From Octopus sinensis (lineage: Eukaryota), in assembly GCF_006345805.1 (NCBI RefSeq), contig NC_043003.1, positions 50,406,001-50,470,000 on the forward strand: a stretch of DNA of 64,000 nt, read 5' to 3'. The position numbers and the translations under genes were made by a program. The notes below the pieces were generated by a model, which was not told the origin of the DNA, searched no databases, and saw only the letters and a list, made by a program, of their open reading frames with translations. Positions 55,791 to 64,000 of this stretch are shown here, in pieces. Every line of letters begins with the position of its first letter. Within the stretch, counting starts at the first letter, position 1.

Positions 55791-55870
55791 ATTAGTGCAT
55801 TACGGCCGTTTCAGGCGGCTCCATTTAATCGTTCAAATGGAGCTGCCTGAAACGGCCGTAATGCACTAAT
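55791..55870. repeat. GC-rich hairpin, 36-bp arms, 8-nt loop
   Basis: attagtgcattacggccgtttcaggcggctccattt / aaatggagctgcctgaaacggccgtaatgcactaat, with one mismatch. Confidence 0.95.
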
Positions 55871-56057
55871 AGCTGAACATACTTGTTACTTATTTGCTTT
55901 TTATTCACCTTACTTCGAGCTGTGCGGATAATGCCAAACTGACTCACTTTAAGTACTTAATTCAACTGAATCATAATTATATCTGTTATACATATATGTA
56001 CGTATACATATATGTATGTCTATCTATCTATCTATCTATCTTCTATCTATCTATCTA

Positions 56058-56122
<65 letters not shown>

Positions 56123-57172
56123 TATATATATATATATATATATATTAGGGAGTATATCCAAACTTATAGGGAAAAATTAAATTTAGGATTAAATCAAATT
56201 TCACAGTATAAATATAAATTAAATTGAGATAAAACCACTATTAGGCAACTCAAACAGTGATAGACATAAACCAATACATAAATAACAAAAATATAAATAT
56301 TATTAATATAATATATATATAAAATATGAAATTTAAAATTTAAATTTTTAAATGTTTAAATTTTTAAATTTTTAAATTGAAAATTTTTTTTACTAACCAA
56401 AAAGTATAAAAAATAAATAAATATGATATAATAAGTAAAAACATTACGTACGTTTCATAGCTATAATTAAATTCAAATTGCAATTAAGTTTAAATTTAAT
56501 TGAAAATTCGAATTAAAAGTATAGTCAATTTTCAGGTTAATAATAATAGTTAAATAAATAAGCAAATAGAGTTAAACATTATTTTTTAAGAAATAAATAA
56601 AATAATAATTTTTCTTATAAAAAAAACTCTATTATTTAAATTAGAAACTTAAAACATTAGGATTATGTCATACAACTCATTTATTATGTTAAATATTTGT
56701 TTTTTTTTTTAAGGTAAAAAAATAGATAGAAATATGTATTTATCTATTAAGATATAATATGGCTTTAAAAAAACATAATAAACTCACGAATATCGTTAAC
56801 TAAGTTATAGTCCAATATCAAATTACCAAAATATTTAACTAAATAATCACTATTCATATTTTTAGATTTAAGTTCACATCTAATGATTATAAAATATTTA
56901 AAAATAATAACTAAATTATTATCAACAAATATAGTAATTAAAATCTAAAATTTACGCTATCAATAAATATATAGACATATAATGAAAAATAAATTAATTA
57001 ATTAGTCCATTATTACATACATAAATATTAAATATTAATATAATATATTTATGAAATACATTAAAAATTAAAGATTAAAAATCAAATTATAAACGTATAA
57101 CCTATCTTAAAAGAACGGTATAACTATTTTACGATCTATATATCTCTTTAATATATATATATATATATATAT

Positions 57173-57670
57173 GAGAGGGTACCCAAAGAAACCGTGATTT
57201 TGCAATATTATTTTATTCACTTAGTTTTATATGTTTACACTTTTATCGCCTTTAAATTATTATCCATTTGAAGTAATGCATCAGTCCAGCATTCGAAGCA
57301 TTTTTCTTCACCTCTTTCACATCAGTAAGTACCGTAACACCTCTTTTCGTCACCAGTGATGACCTTCGACAAAAGGTTCAGCTCAACTGCCAACTGGTCT
57401 TTCAATTTACGAAATGCATTCAGTCATGACTCCTTTTGATCTTCCTTGAGCAAGCAAGGCACAAATTTTGCTGCAACTCTTTTCATTCACAAATCCTCGC
57501 TCAGAATTCGTTGGCAGAAGCTACATGGCATTCCAGCCATATCAACAAGTCTGTCAATTGTTCGGTGACGGTCCTCTAAGATCAGTCCCTGAATTTTCTT
57601 GATGTTTTCATTCGTTCAGCTTGTCGACGGCCGTCCTGAACGAAGCTGACCTTCAAATGACTTTAGAAAA
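57173..57670 (-). mobile_element. Internally deleted, 5'-truncated mariner
   Basis: RSGRPSTS, ILEDRHRTI, KRVAAKFVPCLL and KVITGDEK, then a jump to the C-terminus and one TIR (gagagggtacccaaagaaaccg). Confidence 0.85.
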
Positions 57671-57689
57671 TAGAAAAGTTTCGACCAGA

Positions 57690-58135
57690 TTATGGCTAAG
57701 AGATAATAGTGGCCGCACTCAGTTTCCACCATGGCCTCAAGGCTGTTCCAGAACTTGGTGCATGCTTTCCTCTCTGCGTCCCTGGGAAGATCTTTCAACA
57801 CTTTATATTGGCTACCAGTTCGGTGTTGGTGTTGCAAGCTTCGCGTTTGATGCCTTTCCCATAGTAGTCTACGGGATTATAGTTGGAAAATAAGTAGGCC
57901 ATAAATTGAGGATAGTGAAACCGTAGAAATTCTCCGACCACTACCTCTAGATCTTTTCAGAGATATGGCAAGGAACCGAATCCTGCTGCCATACATATGG
58001 CCTTCCAGCAGCAACCATCCCCAGTTAGAAACGGACCCCAGTCGTAAGCAGCTCCACATAGCCACCTGCGTTGAGCTTGAGGTTCCGTTCATCAGTTGTT
58101 GGATGAACTCCGGCGTGCGGTCGCAGCCAGAACAC
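57690..58135 (-). mobile_element. DD37D (maT-like) transposase C-terminal fragment
   Basis: LKLNAGGYVELL, AAGRPYVWQQDSVPCH, ENFY...LWP and LPRDAERKACTKFWNSLEAMVETECGH across frames. Confidence 0.78.
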
Positions 58136-58143
58136 CGCTTGTG

Positions 58144-60509
58144 CAGGGTTGTAAAAAATTAATTGATGAAACATCAATTGCAATATATTGGTCCAATTAA
58201 TTGATTGAAGTATTCCTGTCATTTGAATAATTGCTTGCTATCATGTTAATTAATTGCAGCGAAATTTTTTCAAATGGTTCATTGTCAGGAAAGGTTTTCA
58301 AATGGCTCATACTTCATTCGACGGTCAATTGGCAAATGCAGCATTCTGTTATCATTTGAAGTATTATGTTGACGCTTTGCTCTGACTGTTGAGAATTCTG
58401 CTGTGCTTAGGAATTGACTATTGTGTATGTTGTCAAGTGTTGATGCTTTATTCAGACTGCCGAGAATGATACACCATCTATCATGCTTGGGAATTGGCTA
58501 TTGTGTATATTGTCAAATAACCACTGTCGAGTGATTCATGGTTCTGATTGCCGAGAATGATTCACACATTCTGTCTTCAAGTCATTAAATCATAACTTCG
58601 CCTGCAACGTGGTTATATCTTAAATTCCTCTCCAACATATTAACTGAATCAGACTTTCATCAGTGGAGTGACGAAATATCTTCTATTTTAAACTGTGGCG
58701 AAATATATTTAATTTTAAACTAACCCATGTCGTGTGATAACGAGCAAATCGCCAGAAAATATTTTAACCAAACAGACAGTGAACATGTAAGGAAATGCAA
58801 GAGTGGAAAACTGGATGGACAAATCTTATGAATCATATAAAAAACCAGCATCCAGAATATTCCAGTACACAAGAAACTGGACAACCATCTTTAGCGAGTT
58901 TTCTTTCACCAATAATTAGTTTGGTTTAGTTTAAAACTATTTTCTTTTACTGAAGACCCACTGACTCGTAAGTACACAAACTTGGGAAGGATGACAAATG
59001 TGACCTTAAAGAAATAGATGGAGAAACTTACTCAGGAAGTGGAAAAGAAAATATGTGAAGAACTTCCAAGTATATTTTCGTTGGTAATCTACGGTTGGTC
59101 TAAGGGTTCGACGCATTTCATTGGACTGTTTGCTTCGTATTCACGCAATTATTAAAATGACTATTGTACTGTTTTAATGGCATTTTCAACAATGGAAAGT
59201 GAAACATTATTCACTGCTTCTGATTATGTCGAATTTATAGAGTAATCGTTAAGTGTCTATAACAAAGATTTAGAAAATGTTGTAGCTATTACGGGAGATA
59301 ATACTGAAGTGAACAAATCTATAGCAAATTTGTGTAGAATATCATTGATTGGATGTGCCCCTCATAAATTCAACCTAGCTGTTTCTGCTTATCTCGACAA
59401 GCAGGAAGTTCTGCTTGATAAAGTTAATACGTTTATGGGCAAGCTAAAATCATTAAAACTTGCGGATAAACTTCGGGAAAAAAATGCCTTTGAAACCTAT
59501 ACAAATAAATAAAACCCGTCGGTCCAGTACTTATGACATAATTGAGAGGTACGTCCAACTCAAACCGTTTTTAGACTCTTTTCAAGACGATACAAAGCTG
59601 GTTGATTATCTGCAGACTCTAAAGACAATTTAGGAAAGTCACTCTCGGTAACAGTCGCCTTGCAAAGAACAGAAATAGATTTGGGAGATGCTCGAATACT
59701 TTTTGACGAAATTCTCGCATTGTATCCTTTCGAGGAGTTTTTAAAATATTTGCTTCCATCGATAGCCATTGTGCACAGCCCAAATTTTGAAAGTGGAGTT
59801 CTTTACAGGATGCAGAAGCAGAATTAACTGCTGATGAAGTGGTTACTCTCTACATCAGCTGAAAGTGGTGACAGACATGTCACAACAGTCTGATTTACCT
59901 ATAGAAGATGATTTTGCTTCAATTTGTTTGAAAGAACACAAAAAAGATAAAATTTCACCTCAGCAATATCTGAACTGTAGATTTTTGTTACCAACGTCCA
60001 ACATCTTGAAAAGTTTCTTCAGCTCAGCAGGTTACGCTATGAATGATTTGTGGCAATACTTAACACCAAAGAATTTAGAAATGCAATTATTTCTAAAAGT
60101 CATTCGCGCTTTCTGGGATGAAGACCTAGTTTCAGAAATCTGCAATCGTTCATGACCTTTTGCTATATTAGAACATTTTAATTGTGCCAGTCGTCTGAAA
60201 AACTCTTTCAACTAAAAACCTTCAATTTATTTGTTTTTCAACTACTATACAATGTAGAGTATACATGTGGTCTGATAATAAAGGTTTTTGAAATTATAAG
60301 ACGAGCCTTCTTTTCGCCTATCATTTTGGCTCTTATCTAAAGAGAAGCTAATACTCCAAATTATATGGTGTGTTTACATTCGGCAAAATAATTGAAAATT
60401 AATTGCAGTTAATTGCAATAAGTGATTGGCTTGCATCCCAATCAATATTAATTGATTGCTAGGGAAATAATTGATTGGAAAGGTTCCAATCCATTATTTA
60501 CAACCCTTG
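58144..60509 (+). mobile_element. Full-length degenerate hAT transposon
   Basis: TIRs CAGGGTTGTAAA / TTTACAACCCTTG and 8-bp flanks cgcttgtg / ctcttgtg (7/8). Multiple aattgat/attgatt subterminal repeats at both ends. Confidence 0.93.
58727..60155 (+). pseudogene. hAT transposase pseudogene (BED finger, DDE, dimerisation domain)
   Basis: GWTNLMNHIKNQHP (BED end), FSLVIYGWS (first D lost), GDN, GCAPHKFNLAV (CxxH), TRWSSTYD-like piece and LLPTSNILKSFFS (catalytic E lost), with stops and frameshifts. Confidence 0.9.
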
Positions 60510-60825
60510 CTCTTGTGTCCCCTCCTGCTGGTCACAACTTTGTATCCTCCGTTGCAGCTGTCTAAGTCAGGTCTTACAGACATTACATTGTTTACAGATC
60601 ATTGAGCTGCAGTCATGATGTCCGCATTATGTTATCGACGTGACTCACCATAACAAAGGTAACTGTTTTCCAATATTCAGATGGCTTCCAGTCCTCCATG
60701 TTTCCTGAATTTCGCACAACAACATTAATTGACTGTTCACTAATACGTCAAGCTATTCCCGAAAGAAAGAGATATAAAACATCGTCAAATTTAGCCCGAA
60801 CACTCTGAGTATAACTAAATACAAT

Positions 60826-60867
<42 letters not shown>

Positions 60868-60938
60868 AACATACATACTTACCTATATATATATATATAC
60901 ACACACATATATATATATACATATATATGCACACACAT

Positions 60939-60994
<56 letters not shown>

Positions 60995-61073
60995 CATAGA
61001 TATATGTATATAGATATATGCATACACCATGCATATATATATATATAATATATATATGCATACACACATGCAT

Positions 61074-61142
<69 letters not shown>

Positions 61143-62419
61143 CAAACACACACGCATAGAGATATATGTATTCACACACAGATTTATATGTATACACACT
61201 TTCCCTCCATCTCTCGGTCTCTCTCTCTCTCTCTCTCGGTCTCTCTCTCTCTCTCTCTCACTCTCTCACACACAATGCGTACGTACCTATGTATACTTAA
61301 GTTCTTGTTTCCTAGTCATTTATATAATCTCTTCTGTACTCGACTAACGCTTTTATCTCTAGCATATATATACACTGTGTTCTCACACCACGTTATTAGT
61401 ATCGCTATGCGTAAGCGATACATACATACATACATACATACATACATACATACATACATACATACATACGCACACACAGAGAAATGTATGTGAATATATA
61501 AATACGAACACAGAGATAGATTTATGCCACTCACATACCATCGTATATGCATACATAGATTAATTTCGATCTTTCTTTCTTTGTTAGATACGATCTCTTT
61601 GTTTATAAGAATTGACGAATATCCACATACATACTTACATTCACATAAAAATACATGCATGCGTAGTTATGGATACTCATATATGAACATAGATACGCAT
61701 ACACATCTAAGCGAACAGAGAAACATGCGTATTTATACGTACATATATCCACATAGAAGGTGAGTGAATGTGAAGAAATGAACTGAAAAAAAGATATAAA
61801 GAAACAACAGCGATTACAAACACGGTGTGTGCGAAGCAACAAGAAGAGCAACAACAGTAAGGAAACGAAACCATAGCAAAAAAAAAAAAATAACGCTGAA
61901 AAAGAATAAGATACTCGAAGAAAAACAATGCAAGGATAATGCAACTAGAGATAGGAAGAAATTTCCTAGGAATTAATTCTGAGCACGTTCAGACTTGTGA
62001 AGAGGTTTCAGAAACATGTTTACAGCAAATGAACTCAGTTGGTGTAGACAGTTTCCTTCGTTCATTTAGTACAACAGATTCAGAAGAATAATTAACGACC
62101 TGTCTGAAAGGTGAACTTTGCTGCCCGTGTTCGTGTCCAGAGTGAATTAGTCGTTGCTTGTGTTGTTTTTAAAACTTACCTTTTTTGCTGCACCTGTTAA
62201 TTAAGGCAGGAAGGATGTTTACGTGGTGTAGAAGAGTATATACATACACTCACATACATATACAAACACACAACCATATATGCGTTTGTATGTATGAGTA
62301 TACATGTATGTATGAGCATACATGTATGTATACATACATTACATACATACTTACATACACACGTACGTACATACATATATACATACATACATACATACAT
62401 ACATACATACATACATACA

Positions 62420-62451
<32 letters not shown>

Positions 62452-62985
62452 AATATTTGTTGTTGCTGTTGCTGCTGTTCTTTAAAAATGTAATGCACAC
62501 TGCTCTGGCGTTTTGAATATGCCAAAATGCCTGTTTTAGTATATAAATAAACACACACACATACAGACACACCAACACATACACAATATCACACACAGTC
62601 AGGCAAACACGCATATTGTGAAGATGTGTGTGGGTACGAATGGAAGAGAAGAGCACTTAGCACATTATACACAGTTTATATCCGAAAATGAGCAATCGGT
62701 CACATGTACAGCCATTTATCGTGATTTCATAAGTATGGTGTAGCTTTAGTCGCTTTCAGCTTGAAATTTGGATCCCCGGTGGTTAGTGTTAAGCTTGTTT
62801 CCAATTTCACAATTCATGTAACGTCTTGTTACTGGTTGCACGTGAAATTTGCTGAAATTTGCTGCAATGCGCCATTAGAATATATAGGCGCTACTAGGGA
62901 TGGAAGGTGACAACTCGTTCAAGATTAACCGCTTCCTTTTATAACATAATCAATTCTGTGATTTCCGCTGACATTATTTTCCTAT

Positions 62986-63199
62986 TTACATTATTTACAT
63001 TCGACGGAACGGATCTCGACGGTCCTCATCTTGTTTGTTGTTAACACAACGTTTCGGCTGATATACCCTCCAGCCTTCTTCATGTGTCTTGGGGAAATTT
63101 CGAACCTGGGTTCTCATTCCTAAGGTATTTTTCGATGTTATTATTATTATTAACAACAAACAAGATGAGGAGAAATATCCTCGAATGTAAATAATGTAA
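62986..63199. mobile_element. Penelope-type terminal repeat fragment with inverted arms
   Basis: Arms 62986-63044 and 63150-63199 are inverted copies and enclose a hammerhead-like motif. The PLE link is inferred. Confidence 0.6.
63043..63088 (-). ncRNA. Minimal type I hammerhead ribozyme fold (core C3 mutated)
   Basis: Minus strand: gacac-AUGAAGA-a-GGCUG(gagggtatat)CAGCC-GAAA-CGUU-gtgtt. Stems I and II pair, and stem III is the palindromic ACGU. Confidence 0.65.
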
Positions 63200-63741
63200 T
63201 TAATATACATAATTCCTCATCTCTTAAATATACAACTGTATTATTTTCCTAGTTAGTCTGTTAAGACTGATCCAATAAATATGATTGTCTATTGGAAATC
63301 ACAATGAATTTCTTTGATGAAGGATATTATTTGCTAATTTTGGATATATAGCTTCTGAACGTAGAGACTAAAATTGCGTAATCGATTGTAGTATTAAAGG
63401 TGCCGACTGCTAACCTTTCAAGTTATTTTATTGGAGTCATTCTATTTGTCTCTAAACTTCAGGGTTGGAAAGTGGTGTTAAACTTTTCCGTGGGTTTAAA
63501 GGAGTGCTACATCAAGGGCTGGCGCAGTTCTCACCGGATACTACTGTAGGCCCAACGATTGTTTGAGATTTATTGATCCATCCAGTTCTGTTTGGAGCTT
63601 AGAAATGAAGTACATGAGTGCCCTTCCATAGTCTGGAACTTTGCCCATGTTGGTGTTTTTTGCGTATGCAAACATATTTCTTTCTCTGTGAAGGTGAACG
63701 TATGTGTGTATGTAGACATTTATATATATTTATGCGATTCT

Positions 63742-63793
63742 ACACACACACACACACACACACACTCACACACACACACACACACCACACACA

Positions 63794-63873
<80 letters not shown>
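63742..63873. repeat. (CA)n microsatellite
   Basis: Direct reading. Confidence 0.98.
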
Positions 63874-63874
<1 letters not shown>

Positions 63875-64000
63875 TTAAGCAAAACAGCAAGTTGTAAAAT
63901 CTCAAGAACAGACCTGAGTAGTAGTTATGCTGACAAGTTAAGTCAATCACCACATCATAGTGGCTGTTCCGTGTTATTACTAGTTTAACCCCAGGCAGAT

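Overview
AT-rich eukaryotic DNA, most likely octopus (inferred from the extreme microsatellite load and recurring tRNA-headed SINEs resembling octopus OK/OR families; not database-confirmed). I could not support any intact host gene, and the long ORFs in the track are microsatellite, SINE or dead-transposase translations. The window is a transposon graveyard. It holds more than 20 SINE copies of three types, DD34D mariners, DD41D-, DD37D- and Tc1-like fragments, a 2.37-kb hAT with TIRs and an 8-bp TSD, pogo and Charlie MITEs, two R4/Dong-like restriction-endonuclease LINE fragments, and Penelope-like GIY-YIG fragments. There is a 100-N gap at 34305-34404. The most notable structures are: (i) a 2.0-kb non-coding foldback/Mutator-like element (15042-17050) with a 9-bp TSD, TIRs built from a higher-order 15-mer array, and SINE tails built into its arms; (ii) a minimal hammerhead-ribozyme fold in a Penelope-type inverted repeat, plus a second hairpin holding only half a hammerhead; (iii) several near-perfect foldback palindromes; (iv) a hAT apparently nested in a maT element fused to a mariner.
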